Shown: positions 10,903 to 22,220, counted from the stretch's first letter. The stretch is DNA of 64,000 nucleotides from an uncultured Gemmatimonadales bacterium (GCA_963730185.1 CAVSQW010000014.1:64001-128000), one strand, 5' to 3'. Numbers and translations: made by a program. Notes: generated by a model from the sequence alone, not told the origin.

Positions 10903-12207
10903 TCAGGGGTCCAGCACCCGTCCCCGGTGCACCACGAACGCGATCGCCCGGGTGTTCCGGATGTCGGCCGTCGGATCGGCGCGGAGCACCAGGAGATCGG
11001 CCGCCTTGCCGACGGCGATGGTGCCATGGCTCGCCTCGAGACCGGCCGCGCGGGCCCCGTTGGCCGTGGCGGCGAGGAGCGCCTCGGTCGGGGTGAGGCC
11101 GGCGTCGCGCACCAGGAGCTCCATCTCGTCGTGGACGTGTGGAAGTCCGGTCGGTCCGCCCATGTCGTCCGTGCCGGCCACCAGCGCCACCCCGGCCAGG
11201 TACGCCGCCCGGGTCAGGTCGGCCGCGAGGCGGGCTCGCCGCCGATTGGCGACCGAGGAGTCGTGTTGGAGCGAGAGCTGGTAGACCCAGAGTGTCGGAT
11301 CGAGCATCACGTGCCGCGTCGCCATCTCGGCGAAGAGGCGGCGGAGCGCCGGATCGTTGGGCGACACGTCGGCCCCCACCTGGCTCCGGTGTTCGTAGGT
11401 GGGAAGATCGGTGACCGTCTCCCAGGCAAGGTAGAGGGCGTGCGAGAGGACGTCGGCCCCGGCGGCCACCAGCTCCGACGGGCGGGCGGGGAAGAGGGTC
11501 GCATGGGCCCAGACCCGGAGCCCCTGGCGATGGGCCTCGGCGATGATCCGGCCGGCCAGCCGGCCGTCGAGGGCCGCGTACAACTTGACGCCGGTGACGC
11601 CGGCCCCTGTCGCCTCCGCCACCGCCTGGGGCAGGTCGGTCGTGTCGGTCACGGCCCGGGCCCAGGGTGCGGTCCCGATCGGAACGCCCGCGCTGGTCGC
11701 CTGGATTCTGGGATCATTGAAGAAGTAGGGTCCGGCGAAGATCGCGGCATAGTGAATCCACGGGGCCTCGATGTCGCCCATCTGGGCGTCGCGGCTGAGC
11801 GAGGCCAGGACCCGGGCGTCGCCCGCCATGTCGCGGACCCCGGCCACGCCGCCTTTCAGGGCCGCGCCGAGCCGACCCAGCACTTGGTCCCGTCGGTCCG
11901 GACCGCTCGGGTCGGTGGCCAGGTGGACGTGCGCATCGATCAGACCGGGAAGCACCCAGAGGCCGGTGGCATCTCGGCGCTCGGCATTATCGGGAAGGGG
12001 CTGGGCGCCGTCCGGGAACACGGCGGCGATCCGGCCGTCGCGCATCACGATGGTGGTTCCTAACCTGGGTGGCGCGCCGGTGCCGTCGAAGAGGGTGGTG
12101 CCGGTCAGGGCGAGGGCACCGGTCGGCGGCGTCTGGGCCGCCAGCGTCCCCCCGCCGACCACTGTGAGGACGCAGAGGAAGGCCTGCCCCGCCGTCGGCA
12201 GTCGCAT
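10903..12207 (-). CDS. secreted metal-dependent amidohydrolase
   Basis: Signal peptide; 'PGLIDAHVH', 'VAGTD', 'GTIAVGKAADLLVLRADP'. Confidence 0.88.
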   Translation of the reverse strand: MRLPTAGQAFLCVLTVVGGGTLAAQTPPTGALALTGTTLFDGTGAPPRLGTTIVMRDGRIAAVFPDGAQPLPDNAERRDATGLWVLPGLIDAHVHLATDPSGPDRRDQVLGRLGAALKGGVAGVRDMAGDARVLASLSRDAQMGDIEAPWIHYAAIFAGPYFFNDPRIQATSAGVPIGTAPWARAVTDTTDLPQAVAEATGAGVTGVKLYAALDGRLAGRIIAEAHRQGLRVWAHATLFPARPSELVAAGADVLSHALYLAWETVTDLPTYEHRSQVGADVSPNDPALRRLFAEMATRHVMLDPTLWVYQLSLQHDSSVANRRRARLAADLTRAAYLAGVALVAGTDDMGGPTGLPHVHDEMELLVRDAGLTPTEALLAATANGARAAGLEASHGTIAVGKAADLLVLRADPTADIRNTRAIAFVVHRGRVLDP

Positions 12208-12369
12208 GGGCGCTCCGGATCGTGGACGTGGTCCCCGAATGAAAGCGGCCGCGGCGAGCCCGACAACCCCGGCCCGTTCCGGGACCGGCCCGGCGGATTA
12301 GCTTCCACCCGACGGACCCGCCCACCGCCCCGGCTGGGCGCGACCTCCCTCGAGCCCGGGAGCACCCCG

Positions 12370-13026
12370 ATGGCGACCCCTCCCAATCGCGGTCCCGACC
12401 GCCGCACCTTCTTCGCGACCCTGACCGCCGTGGCCGGCGCCCTCTCGCTGCCGCTCGGCTCGGCCGAAGCCCTTCCCCGATCCGACGAGTGGGATCTCCG
12501 CTGGCTCGAACGGCTGACCGGCAAGCACAAGCAAGTGTTCGACATTGGGAAGATGGAGGACGGCGACAACCCGCTCAGGACGGTCCGGAATTACCTGAAC
12601 GCGATGCGGGACGTGCTCCGTCTCCCGGATTCGGACCTCAACGCCGTGGTCGCGATCGCCGGGAGCGGCTTTCCGATCAACGCGGGCCACGAGCTCTGGG
12701 GCGCCTACGGGGTGGGAGAGAAGTGGAAGATCAAGGATCCCGGGACGGGTGAGTGGTCCACCCGCAACGTCTTTCTGGGTGACGGCCCCGACGCCAAGCG
12801 CGACGACAGCGTTACGGCGCTCCAAGCCCGGGGAGCGATCTTCTGGCAGTGCAACAACGCGCTCAACGGGGTCGCCGGATGGCTCGCGCACGACTCCGGA
12901 CACCCGGTTGCTGAGGTCCGGGCCCAGTTGGTGGCGGGCCTCAATCCGGGGGTGATCGTGGTGCCGGCTCACACGATGATGATCGGGATGGTGCAGGAGC
13001 GGGGCTGCACCTACGAGAAGCTCTGA
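12370..13026 (+). CDS. Tat-exported protein, DsrE-like fold likely
   Basis: Twin-arginine 'DRRTFFATL' signal; 'LQARGAIFWQCNNAL' and 'GVIVVPA..M.GMVQERGCTY' resemble DsrE-family termini. Confidence 0.6.
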   Translation: MATPPNRGPDRRTFFATLTAVAGALSLPLGSAEALPRSDEWDLRWLERLTGKHKQVFDIGKMEDGDNPLRTVRNYLNAMRDVLRLPDSDLNAVVAIAGSGFPINAGHELWGAYGVGEKWKIKDPGTGEWSTRNVFLGDGPDAKRDDSVTALQARGAIFWQCNNALNGVAGWLAHDSGHPVAEVRAQLVAGLNPGVIVVPAHTMMIGMVQERGCTYEKL

Positions 13027-13069
13027 TCGCGCCGCGGAACCCCGTCGAATCGGAGCGGGTACGGCTCCC

Positions 13070-14083
13070 ATGCCGATCCTCCTGGCGCTCGTCGCGGGGC
13101 TCCTGAGCACCTCCCCTCGACCGGCGGGAGCGCCGGTGCTGGTGGTCGCCAATCCGGACGAAAGCACCGTCTCGGTCGTCGACGTCCGCGCGGCCAGGAT
13201 CCTCGCGACGCTGCCCACCGGGCAGGCGCCGCGCGAGGTGACGGCGTCACCCGATGGACGGTGGGCGGTGGTGACCGATCAGGGCACGGCGGAGGGCGGG
13301 AGCTCCCTGACCGTCGTCGATCTCATCACCCTCACGGTGGCCCGCCGGATCCGGCTCGACGGCCACCCTCGTCCCTCCGGCATTCGCTTTCTTCCCGACA
13401 ACCAGACCGTGGTGGTGATCTCGGACGCCGACGGCTCGGTTCTGCTGGTCGGCATTCCGTCCGGACGGATCCTCCGGATCGTTACCACCGAGCAGGCGGG
13501 GAGCCGGTGGGTGGTGACGCCCCGAGACGGACGCCGGGCCTACACGGCTACCCCCGGCTCCGGCTCGGTCTCGGTCATCGATCTGGGGGGTCCGGGCGTA
13601 CCCCGCACGCTGGCGGTCGCTCCGGGAATCGAGTCGATCGCGGTGAGCCCCGACGGAGCGGTCGTGTGGGTCGGGAGCAACCAGACCGGGCGGATCTACG
13701 TTATCGATGCGGCCCGATGGACCGTGGTCGACTCGACCGCCGCCACTGGCCGCCCTGGTCGGATCGCCTTTTCACCGGACGGCAGTCGGGTGTTGGTTGC
13801 CGATCCGGCCGCCGACGAGGTCCGGCTCTTCGACGCCGGTCGCCGCGAGCTGCTCGCTCGGATTCCGGTGCCCCCCGGCGAGGTCGGGAACGGGTCTCCC
13901 GCGAGGGGCCCGGCCCGACCGGCGGGACTGGCCTTCGGGCCTTCGGGCCGGACCGCGTGGGTGAGTCTGGCCGGCGTGGCTCAGATCGCGGAGGTGGATC
14001 TCGTGGCCGGCGCCGTGCGGCGCTACCTCCCGGCGCGGGCGGGGGCGGCGGGGCTGGTCTATACTGAGCGCCCGCCTGCATAA
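13070..14083 (+). CDS. YVTN/YncE-type beta-propeller protein
   Basis: Repeats 'TVSVVD', 'SPDGRWAVV', 'SVSVIDL', 'AFSPDGSRVLV'. Confidence 0.85.
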   Translation: MPILLALVAGLLSTSPRPAGAPVLVVANPDESTVSVVDVRAARILATLPTGQAPREVTASPDGRWAVVTDQGTAEGGSSLTVVDLITLTVARRIRLDGHPRPSGIRFLPDNQTVVVISDADGSVLLVGIPSGRILRIVTTEQAGSRWVVTPRDGRRAYTATPGSGSVSVIDLGGPGVPRTLAVAPGIESIAVSPDGAVVWVGSNQTGRIYVIDAARWTVVDSTAATGRPGRIAFSPDGSRVLVADPAADEVRLFDAGRRELLARIPVPPGEVGNGSPARGPARPAGLAFGPSGRTAWVSLAGVAQIAEVDLVAGAVRRYLPARAGAAGLVYTERPPA

Positions 14084-14094
14084 CCCGTTCCTGT

Positions 14095-15176
14095 TCAGCC
14101 CGAAGCGCCCGACTTGGCCGGCTCCGGCTGCTTGAAGAGGTGGAGCGTCTGGGTCGGGTAGGCGAACTCGATTCCCCGGTCGCCGAACTCTCCGAAGAGC
14201 CGCAGGTTGATCGCCTGCTGAATGTCCATGTAGGTGCTGTAGTCCGGGCTCAGCACGTAGTAGACGGTCTCGAAGTCGAGCGAGAAGTCGCCGAACTTCT
14301 GGAAGTGAGACCGATCGAAGCGGACCTTGTCCTGGGCCTCGACCGCTTCACGGATGATGCCCGGGATCTCCGCCAACCGGTCTTTCGGGGTCTCGTAGGT
14401 CACTCCAACCGTGAACGCGATCCGCCGCTCGGCCATCCGGCCGTAGTTCCGGATCCGGCTCCCGAGCAGGTCGCTGTTCGAGAAGACCAGCTGCTCGCCC
14501 GACAGGCTCCGGATCCGGGTGGTCTTGAGGCCGATGGCTTCGATGCTTCCCAGGAACTCGCCACCGACGTTGATGAAGTCACCCAGCACGAACGGCTTGT
14601 CGAGCACGATGGCGAGCGAGGCGAAGAGGTCGCCCAGGATGTTCTGGAGCGCCAAGGCCACGGCTATGCCGCCCACGCCCAACCCGGCGACCAGCGCCGT
14701 GACATCTACGCCCACGTTCTGGAGCGAGAGGAGCAGGACCACCGACCAGATCAGCAGCTGCCCACGAAGCCGAGGGCGGACATCGTGGTGACCGCCGAGG
14801 GGTCCCGGCTCATCGTCTCCTTCCGGTACGCGCCCAGCCAGGCCCGAAGCGTCGCGGCGGCCCAGATTCCCACCTGCACGATCGCCGCGATGATGGCGAA
14901 GGCGTCGACGCCGCCGCGCACCCGAGGCGGCAGGTCCAGCAGATTCGACCCGACCTCGAGCGAGATGGCCAGGAGGAACAGCGCCTTGGTCTTCGACATG
15001 GCGTGGACGATGATGTCGTCCCATGCGGTGTCGGTGCGCTCCGCCAGCTTGCCCAGCCGGCTCGAGACCACCCGCAGGATCACCCGCACCGCGATCCACG
15101 CCGCGACCGCGGCGGCGAGCGCGATCGCCCAGGCGCGCACCTCGTTGCCGAACAACACCCGATCGAGAACCTCCAT
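14095..15176 (-). CDS. MscS-family mechanosensitive channel, apparent frameshift at 14761-14763
   Basis: 'GLGVGGIAVALALQNILGD', 'DKPFVLGDFI', 'IGLKTTRIRSLSGEQLVFSNS', 'GIEFAYPTQ'; ORFs 14751..15215 and 14095..15099 join by adding one G. Confidence 0.88.
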
Positions 15177-15387
15177 CAACGCCTCCGTTCCGTGAGCGTG
15201 AGCTTGCGCAAGCAAGGCCGCGGGTCCGGTGGCGTCAAGTCTCGGTTAGTTGTGCAGGCGCCCGACCGGCGATCGTCTCTCTTCGTGAATCGGGCGAGTC
15301 GTGGTTCCGATACGACCTGCGGGCGGCGGACGGCCGACAACCGACCGACCCCACCCGGGACGAACAACCGAGAAGGGTGAGTCGAGC

Positions 15388-16309
15388 ATGCGATATGTGC
15401 CTCTCAGACTGGCGGCCTTGGCGCTCGCCGCGACGGCGGGACTCTGGGGTTGCTCCGACAGTAGCGGCCCGGGCAGCGGCAACGGGCCGCACCTAACGGT
15501 CCGGCTCACGGACGCCGCCGGTGACGTCCAGATGGCGGTGGTGACGATCTCGGAGGTGTACCTGCAAGGCCCGGATGGGAAGGTCACCCTGAGCTCGACC
15601 CCGATGACGACCGATCTGGTGAGCCTGGCGGACAGCACGACGGTGCTGGTCAACGCCGCCACCGTCGCCGCGGCCGACTACAGCGAGCTCCGGTTCGTGA
15701 TCACGGGTGGATACCTGCAGGTGGATGATGGCAACGGCGGCAGCGAGATCTACGCCTCGTCGGCGGATTACGCCGGCTTGCCCGCCGGCGCGGTCGTCAC
15801 CGGCCAGCTCCAGATGCCGAGTCTCGGGACCTCCGGCCTCAAGGTGGATTTCGCCGACCAGACCGCGCTCGCGATCAGTGCCGACGAGGACCTCCTGGTC
15901 GACTTCGACGTGTCGCAGAGCTTCGGTCACCAGGCGGGCAATTCCGGGATGTGGGTTATGCATCCGGTGGTCAAGGGCGCGACCTTCACCGCGGCCGGAA
16001 CGGTGACCGCCACGCTGGAGCTCGCGGCGGGCGTCACGTTGCCCACGATCGCCGGGACCGCGGTAACCCTGGCCGACTTCCAGGCCGACCTCGACGGCGA
16101 GGTGGAGCCGTTCACCGACGGGGACGGCGACGGGGTGTACGAGGCGCAGTTCCGATTCGTGGTGCCCGGGGAGCTATTCGCTTAGCCTTCAGGGGCCGGC
16201 CGGGCTGACCATCGGCACGACGCCGTCCTTGCCGGTGTCGCTCGACGTGGCGGCGGGCGCCAACGTCACCTCGGCGCTGACGTTGACCTCCGCGCTGGTG
16301 ACCCCCTAG
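15388..16309 (+). CDS. DUF4382-like lipoprotein, apparent frameshift at G-run 16168-16171
   Basis: Lipobox LWGC; 'LTVRLTDA', 'LLVDFDVSQSF', 'WVMHPVV'; removing one G extends the frame to TAG 16307-16309. Confidence 0.7.
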
Positions 16310-16330
16310 CCAGCCGCGACGTCCCCCAAG

Positions 16331-16372
16331 ACGACGGGCTCCTCGATCCCTCGGGATCGGGGAGCCCGTCGT
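16331..16372. terminator. long hairpin between convergent genes
   Basis: ACGACGGGCTCCTCGATCCC-TC-GGGATCGGGGAGCCCGTCGT, 20-bp stem with one G-U pair. Confidence 0.7.
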
Positions 16373-16383
16373 TCGTGGGGGCG

Positions 16384-17091
16384 TCAGTCGATCGGCTCGA
16401 CCCGGGTTCGGAAGCTCCCGTCGCCGACCCGCTCGATCACGACCGCCTTGGCGTCACCCGGAGCGAAGACGATCCCGGTGACCTGGGCGACCACGGTCTT
16501 GGTGCCCCGGCGGGTGTAGGTCACGTCCAGCGAGCCCGGTGGGAAGTACAAGAAGCTGGAGTAGGTCGCAACCTGGGTCTCCAGGACTGCCTTCGGGGTC
16601 AAACTCGCGATGCTGGTCCCGGACGGGGTGACGTAGACGTCCACCAGGGACTGCGCGCTCGCCGACGAATCGGCCACATGCTGAGGTACGTCGGGGGCAC
16701 TGATCAGGCGGAGGTTGGCCTGGTCGGTCCTGGCGAGCCCGGTATCGACGGCGACGGCCAGATCGACGCCGGCGCCCTGCTGGCTCAGCACGAGCATCGT
16801 GTTCGACCCGTCGGCGAGCGTGAGGCTCCGGGTGGCGAGCGCGCTGCTGCCTGCCATCACCCGGACCGTCTGGTCGCCAGCGTCGAGCTGGAGTGCCGCC
16901 GTGACGTTGCCGTACCCGACCCCATGAATCACCTGGCCGCCAACGTCGAGGTCGACCGATCCGACGGTCGTGGCCGCGTTGAAGAGCTGAAGCCGGGCCG
17001 ATCCCGAGGGGGCCGGAAGGTCGGTGGTCGAGCTGCATCCGGCCAGGAGGGCCAGGGTCCAGGCCAGCCGCCGGTAGGGGGTCGATCGCAT
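16384..17091 (-). CDS. DUF4397-like lipoprotein
   Basis: Lipobox LLAGC; two 'LQLFNA...VDL' / 'LRLISA...VDVYV' repeats. Confidence 0.7.
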   Translation of the reverse strand: MRSTPYRRLAWTLALLAGCSSTTDLPAPSGSARLQLFNAATTVGSVDLDVGGQVIHGVGYGNVTAALQLDAGDQTVRVMAGSSALATRSLTLADGSNTMLVLSQQGAGVDLAVAVDTGLARTDQANLRLISAPDVPQHVADSSASAQSLVDVYVTPSGTSIASLTPKAVLETQVATYSSFLYFPPGSLDVTYTRRGTKTVVAQVTGIVFAPGDAKAVVIERVGDGSFRTRVEPID

Positions 17092-17236
17092 TGGGGTTAC
17101 TCCAGGTTCCGCTGGTAGGGTCCGGACTCGTGATGGGTGATCTCTTCAAGAGACCCCGGCCGGGCCCTTCGGGTCACATCGAAGTTGGGGTGCCTCGCTT
17201 GCGCCGGCTCCCCCGGCGGCCCCACTTTGCGCCACC

Positions 17237-17695
17237 ATGACCGGATCCGGCATGCTCGCCTTCTCGATCATCCTCGCGCTGGTGCTCGGCGCCGGGCTCT
17301 CGACCCAGGTCGGGGTGAACGCCTCGCTTCGGAGCGCGCTCGGGCACCCGGTGTACGCCGCCATCGTCAACTTCTCGGTCGGCCTCACCGTGCTCGTCGC
17401 GCTCACCCTGGCGGCTCGCATCGGGCGGCCTCCGGCCGGCGCGATCGCGCGGACCTCGTGGTGGATGTATTTCGGCGGGGTGATCGGCTCGATGTACGTG
17501 TTCGGAGTCATCGTGCTGGCGCCAAGACTCGGGGCGGCCGTGTTGATGAGCCTGGTGGTGACCGGTCAGCTGCTCGCGGCTCTCCTCCTCGATCACTTCG
17601 GCGTCCTCGGCTTCCCGCAGCACACCATCAGCCCGGTCCGGGCGGTCGGCGCCGTGCTGCTGGTGATGGGCGTCGTACTGGTCCGGCGAGGTTGA
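17237..17695 (+). CDS. DMT-family inner membrane exporter (YdcZ/DUF606-like)
   Basis: 'QVGVNASL', 'WWMYFGGVIG', 'PRLGAA', 'GQLLAALLLDHFG'. Confidence 0.85.
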   Translation: MTGSGMLAFSIILALVLGAGLSTQVGVNASLRSALGHPVYAAIVNFSVGLTVLVALTLAARIGRPPAGAIARTSWWMYFGGVIGSMYVFGVIVLAPRLGAAVLMSLVVTGQLLAALLLDHFGVLGFPQHTISPVRAVGAVLLVMGVVLVRRG

Positions 17696-17698
17696 CCC

Positions 17699-18088
17699 AT
17701 GGGCGCCACCCTTCGGCAAGCGCTCCTCGTGGGGGCGGGCGGTTTCCTGGGCTCGGCCTTCCGATTTCTGCTGGGCGGTTTCGTGCACCGGTTCACGCCG
17801 GCCTCCACCTTTCCCTACGGTACCTTGACCGTGAACGTCCTGGGGTGCCTGGCGATCGGATTCCTCGGCGGGATGCTCGAGCTCCGTCAGGCGCTCGGCC
17901 CTGGGGAGCGGCTCTTTCTGGTGGTCGGCGTGCTGGGCGGGTTCACCACCTTTTCCTCATTCGCCTACGAGACGCTCGGCCTGGTCCATGGCGCCGACTT
18001 CGGGCGGGCCCTGGCCAACGTCGGGGCGTCGGTCGTCCTCGGGCTCAGCGCGGCATGGCTGGGGTATGCCGCGGCCCAGGCGCTCTAG
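17699..18088 (+). CDS. crcB: fluoride channel Fluc/CrcB
   Basis: 'GGFLGSAFR', 'FPYGTLTVNVLGC', 'GVLGGFTTFSSF'. Confidence 0.93.
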   Translation: MGATLRQALLVGAGGFLGSAFRFLLGGFVHRFTPASTFPYGTLTVNVLGCLAIGFLGGMLELRQALGPGERLFLVVGVLGGFTTFSSFAYETLGLVHGADFGRALANVGASVVLGLSAAWLGYAAAQAL

Positions 18089-18100
18089 CGGGAGGTTCCC

Positions 18101-18445
18101 ATGACGCTACCTCGGGAAGGCACCCTGCTTCGGATCTTCATCGGCGAGAGCGACCGCCACGAAGGCGCTGCGCTCTACGAGTGGCTGGTGCGCGAGGCTC
18201 GGCGGCGCGGGTTGGCCGGGGCCACCGTGCTCCGTGGGCTCGAGGGGTTCGGCGCCCACAGCCGGCTGCATACGGCCCGGGTGCTCCGACTCTCGACCGA
18301 CCTGCCGATCGTGGTGGAGATCGTCGACACCCGGGAGAAGATCGAGGAGTTTCTCCCGGTGGTCGACGGCGCCATCGGTGAGGGTCTCGCCACCCTGGAG
18401 CGGGTCGAGGTCCGCTTCTACCGGAGCGGGGACAGGGCTGAGTAG
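18101..18445 (+). CDS. DUF190 PII-like protein (usual crcB neighbour)
   Basis: 'LLRIFIGESD', 'GLAGATVLRGLEGFG', 'LSTDLPIVVEIVD'. Confidence 0.9.
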   Translation: MTLPREGTLLRIFIGESDRHEGAALYEWLVREARRRGLAGATVLRGLEGFGAHSRLHTARVLRLSTDLPIVVEIVDTREKIEEFLPVVDGAIGEGLATLERVEVRFYRSGDRAE

Positions 18446-18877
18446 CCAGCTCGCGGGGGCCGAAAACGCGTCGCCCTCGGAGGGCTGCTCAGGTGGGGAG
18501 GTGGGTCTTCCAGGCTTTCCTCCGGCGATTCGCCTCTCGCAGCAGGGCCCGCGCGGTCCGGCGGAGCGCGACCCGCGGCCAGGCCAAATCCGGCCGGGGG
18601 CGCCGAACGGCCGGCGAATCGCGGGGGAGTGACGTGCCTAACCGAAGGTTCCGTCACGGCTTCGACGACGGGTAGCGGGAAAGCCGCCGGGGTTGGGCGA
18701 TCGTTGCACCCCGCCGATTCCGGTTGCCGCCGTCGTTGGCCCCGACCTTGCCGGGCGGCGGGTGAGGAAGCCGAATTTTCGCGGGATCCGGCCAATGGGG
18801 GGTGCGAAATGCCGGATAGGCTTATCTTTGTCTCCTTCGGGGGAAGGTCCATCCAAATGACCAGGGGGAAGAACACA

Positions 18878-19489
18878 ATGAAGCGGTTGGCCAGGCTCAC
18901 GGGCGCCGTCGCGCTGATGGCGGCCACGGCAGTCGCGGTACCGCAGTCGCTCAGCGCGCAAGGCAAGAAGCTCGAGATCAGTGGCTTTGCCGGCTGGTAT
19001 CTGCCCACGAACAAGGATGCCATGCAGCTGGCGCCGTCGAACCAGGACGCGGCCCGGCGAGGCTCGCTCGCCTGGGGTGGCCGGCTGACTGTCTGGACGG
19101 CCAGCCGCCTCGGCTTCGAGTTCACCGGCGGCTTTTCGCCAGCCCGGGTCCGGGTGGGGTCGACGGTCGGCATTTTCCCACACAGCACCAAACTGACCTT
19201 CGGTTCCGCCAAGTTGGCACTCAAGCTGACCCCGGGCGACCCCAAGTTGGGGGTCACCATCAGCGGCGGCCTCGCCGGGCTCCACTACGGGAAGACGGTG
19301 GCCGATCCGACCAAGTCCGAGACCAAGTTCGGCGGGGTCGGTGGGTTGGGGCTTCGCCTTCGGCTGGCCGACGCGCTCCATCTCCGGGGTGACATCGAGG
19401 ACTACTTCTACAGCGGGCAGTTCGGGAACGCCTCCAGCAAGCTGGTCGGTGACCTGATGCTGACGGGCGGTCTCTCGATCGGGTTCTGA
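18878..19489 (+). CDS. outer-membrane beta-barrel protein
   Basis: Signal peptide ending AQ; alternating beta-strands; terminal 'GLSIGF'. Confidence 0.75.
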   Translation: MKRLARLTGAVALMAATAVAVPQSLSAQGKKLEISGFAGWYLPTNKDAMQLAPSNQDAARRGSLAWGGRLTVWTASRLGFEFTGGFSPARVRVGSTVGIFPHSTKLTFGSAKLALKLTPGDPKLGVTISGGLAGLHYGKTVADPTKSETKFGGVGGLGLRLRLADALHLRGDIEDYFYSGQFGNASSKLVGDLMLTGGLSIGF

Positions 19490-19508
19490 TCCCGGGCTGG
19501 ACCTTCGC

Positions 19509-19545
19509 GGCCGGGCTGGAGCGTCCGCTCCCGCCCGGCCGTTTC
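19509..19545 (+). terminator. putative intrinsic terminator
   Basis: GGCCGGGCTGGAGCG-TC-CGCTCCCGCCCGGCC hairpin followed by GTTT, just after the OMP stop. Confidence 0.5.
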
Positions 19546-19556
19546 GCTTGCCTGGC

Positions 19557-19584
19557 TTGATAGGGTAGGGGGGTATGCTATATT
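19557..19584 (+). promoter_or_regulatory. copA sigma70 promoter overlapped by a CsoR-type operator
   Basis: -35 TTGATA (19557), extended -10 TGcTATATT (19576-19584); G-tract operator ATAGGGTAGGGGGGTAT (19560-19576); RBS AGGAGG before copA. Confidence 0.75.
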
Positions 19585-19602
19585 CCAACGCAGGAGGCTC
19601 CC

Positions 19603-21873
19603 ATGCCTGACACAATCACCCGAGAAACCCTGACCTTCCCGGTCGGCGGGATGACCTGCGCGGCCTGCCAGGCCCGGGTCCAGCGCGCCCTCGAGAAGAC
19701 GGCCGGCGTGAGCGGTGCCGCGGTCAATCTTATGCTCCAGAACGCCACGGTCACGTACGACCCGGCCCTCGCCAACCCCGACGGGCTGGTCGAGGTGGTC
19801 CGCGACTCCGGGTACGAAGCGGCGCTGCCCGTCCCGAGCCAGACCATCGCCGAGGAGCAGGACGAGCTCGATCGGAGTCGCGAGGCCGAATACCGCGATT
19901 ACCTCACCCGAGCGCTGGTCACCATCTCGCTGGGCGTCCTGGCGATGGCGGCGATGCCGTTCGCCATGAACCAACGGGTCCGGTACGCGCTGCTGGTGGT
20001 GACCCTCTTCGTGATGGTCTGGGCCGGTCGCGACTTCTACGTCAGGGCCTGGGCGGCGCTCCGGCACCGGACCAGCAACATGAACACCCTGGTGGCGTTG
20101 GGGACCGGCGCGGCGTTCGGGTTCAGCGCCGCGGTCACGCTGGCCCCCGGCTTTTTCGCCGCCAGGGGGATCGAGGCCGAGGTCTACTACGAGGCCGTGA
20201 TCCTAATCCTCGGCCTCCTTCTCCTGGGCCACGCCCTCGAGGCGCGGGCCAAGCGTCAAACCGCGGTGGCCCTTCGGAAACTGATCGATCTGGCGCCCAA
20301 GGTGGCACGGGTTCGGCGGGACGGGCGCGAGCTCGAGCTGCCGATCGATCGAGTCTTGGCGGGCGACGTGGTCCTGGTACGTCCCGGGGAGAGCCTTCCC
20401 GTCGACGGGCAGATCGTCCGCGGGGCGAGTGCGGTCGACGAGTCGATGGTCACCGGCGAGCCCCTCCCGGTGGAGCGGACGGTCGGTGACCGGGTGATCG
20501 GCGGCACGGTCAACCGGACGGGCGCCTTCGAGCTCCGGGCCACGGCGGTCGGCGCCGACAGCGTGCTGGCCCGGATCGTCAAGCTGATGCGCGACGCCCA
20601 AGCCACCCGGGCGCCGATTCAGCGACTGGCCGATCAGATCAGCGCGATCTTCGTCCCGACCGTGATCGGGCTCGCCGTGCTGACCTTCGTGATCTGGTAC
20701 GTCGCGGTGGATACCTCGCCTCTGGTCCGGGCGCTCACGGCCGCGATCTCGGTGCTGATCATCGCCTGTCCCTGCGCGATGGGGCTGGCGGTGCCGACTG
20801 CCATCATGGTGGCCACCGGCCGCGGCGCCGAGTTGGGGGTGTTGATCAAGGGGGGCGAGGCGCTCGAACGAGTGCGCACCCTCCAGGCGATTCTGCTCGA
20901 CAAGACCGGCACGGTGACCGAGGGCAGGCCGGCGGTGACCGAGGTGCTGCCCGCCGCGGGCGTCGAGGCCGATCGGGTGCTTGCTCTGGCCGCCGGGCTC
21001 GAGCGGCTTTCTGAGCATCCGTTGGGCGAGGCGATCGTCCGGGCGGCCGCCGATCGCGGGATCGAGTTGGCGGCGGTGGACGCTTTCCGGTCGCTCACCG
21101 GGTTGGGCGCCACCGGTCTGGTGGGCGAGTCCCTGGTCGTGGTCGGCAACGCCCGGATGCTGGGCGAGTTCTCGCTCGATCCCGCCCCGTTCGCCTCGGT
21201 CGCCGAAGGGCTCACCGGCGAGGGGAAGACCGTGGTGTACGTCGGGGCCGACGGCGAGCTCCTGGGCCTGCTGGCGATCTCCGATCCACCTCGGGCCACC
21301 TCGCGCGCCGCGGTGGCCCGGCTCCGCCGGATGGGGCTCGAGGTCGCGATGGTGACGGGCGACCAGCCGCGGACGGCGGCGGCGGTGGCCCGCGAGGTCG
21401 GCATCGAGACGGTCGTTGCCGGGGTGCTGCCCGAAGGCAAGCTGGCGGAGATCGAGCGCCGGCAGGCCGGGGGCCAGGTCGTGGCGATGGTGGGCGACGG
21501 GATCAACGACGGCCCGGCGCTCGCTCGAGCCGACCTGGGCCTGGCCATGGGGTCCGGCACCGACGTGGCCGTCGAAGCCGGGGACATCACCCTGATGCGG
21601 CCGGACTTGAACGCGGTGGCCGACGCGATCGCCCTCTCCCGGGAAACCGTGCGGATCATGCGCCAGAATCTGTTCTGGGCCTTCATCTACAACGTGGTCG
21701 GCATTCCGATCGCGGCCGGAGTGCTCTATCCCGTGCTGGGCCTGACCTTGAACCCGGTGATTGCCAGCGCGGCCATGGCGATGAGCTCGGTGAGTGTGGT
21801 CACCAACTCGCTCCGACTCCGTCGCTTCGATCCGAGAACGGTGGGCGCGCCCCGCCAGGGGAGAACCTCATGA
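19603..21873 (+). CDS. copA: Cu(I)-exporting P1B ATPase
   Basis: HMA GMTCAAC, TM CPC, DKTGT, SEHP, GDGIND, 'YN' and 'MAMSS' motifs. Confidence 0.95.
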   Translation: MPDTITRETLTFPVGGMTCAACQARVQRALEKTAGVSGAAVNLMLQNATVTYDPALANPDGLVEVVRDSGYEAALPVPSQTIAEEQDELDRSREAEYRDYLTRALVTISLGVLAMAAMPFAMNQRVRYALLVVTLFVMVWAGRDFYVRAWAALRHRTSNMNTLVALGTGAAFGFSAAVTLAPGFFAARGIEAEVYYEAVILILGLLLLGHALEARAKRQTAVALRKLIDLAPKVARVRRDGRELELPIDRVLAGDVVLVRPGESLPVDGQIVRGASAVDESMVTGEPLPVERTVGDRVIGGTVNRTGAFELRATAVGADSVLARIVKLMRDAQATRAPIQRLADQISAIFVPTVIGLAVLTFVIWYVAVDTSPLVRALTAAISVLIIACPCAMGLAVPTAIMVATGRGAELGVLIKGGEALERVRTLQAILLDKTGTVTEGRPAVTEVLPAAGVEADRVLALAAGLERLSEHPLGEAIVRAAADRGIELAAVDAFRSLTGLGATGLVGESLVVVGNARMLGEFSLDPAPFASVAEGLTGEGKTVVYVGADGELLGLLAISDPPRATSRAAVARLRRMGLEVAMVTGDQPRTAAAVAREVGIETVVAGVLPEGKLAEIERRQAGGQVVAMVGDGINDGPALARADLGLAMGSGTDVAVEAGDITLMRPDLNAVADAIALSRETVRIMRQNLFWAFIYNVVGIPIAAGVLYPVLGLTLNPVIASAAMAMSSVSVVTNSLRLRRFDPRTVGAPRQGRTS

Positions 21874-22220
21874 CCGGTACCGAAACGCCGATCCCGGCTG
21901 CCTGCGGGTGCGGGGCTGGGACCGATCCCGAGAGTCGAAAGCCGGTGGCCGTCGATCCGACGATCAAGGAGCGAAACCAGAAACGGCTCCGGCGGATCGA
22001 AGGGCAGATCCGCGGGCTCCAGCGGATGGTGGACGAGGATCGCTACTGCCCCGACATCATGATGCAGATTGCGTCCGCCCAGCAGGCACTTCGGTCGGTG
22101 GGGCGAGAGCTGATGCGGAACCACCTCAAGCACTGCGTCGCCACGGCGGTGAAGACGAGCGACGCCAAGGCCGACCAGATTTTCGAGGAGCTGCTGGAGC
22201 TGGTGTACTCGTCGAAATAG
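21870..22220 (+). CDS. csoR: CsoR copper-sensing repressor
   Basis: '[16 protein letters not shown]...YC.DI..QI', 'NHLKHCV'; translationally coupled to copA. Confidence 0.92.
   Translation: MTGTETPIPAACGCGAGTDPESRKPVAVDPTIKERNQKRLRRIEGQIRGLQRMVDEDRYCPDIMMQIASAQQALRSVGRELMRNHLKHCVATAVKTSDAKADQIFEELLELVYSSK

Noticed and set aside
17092..17236. Fluoride riboswitch upstream of the DMT-crcB-DUF190 operon
   Set aside because: A 'GTGATGGG' is present, but the GATGGnGTTCnCC stem and the downstream CTGATGAC pseudoknot element could not be found.
18446..18877. Cobalamin-type riboswitch or ncRNA in the 430-bp intergenic region before the OMP
   Set aside because: Only scattered fragments (GGGAA, GGTGCGAAAT, GGGAAGG) without the correct order or the GCCACTG element; would need an Infernal search.
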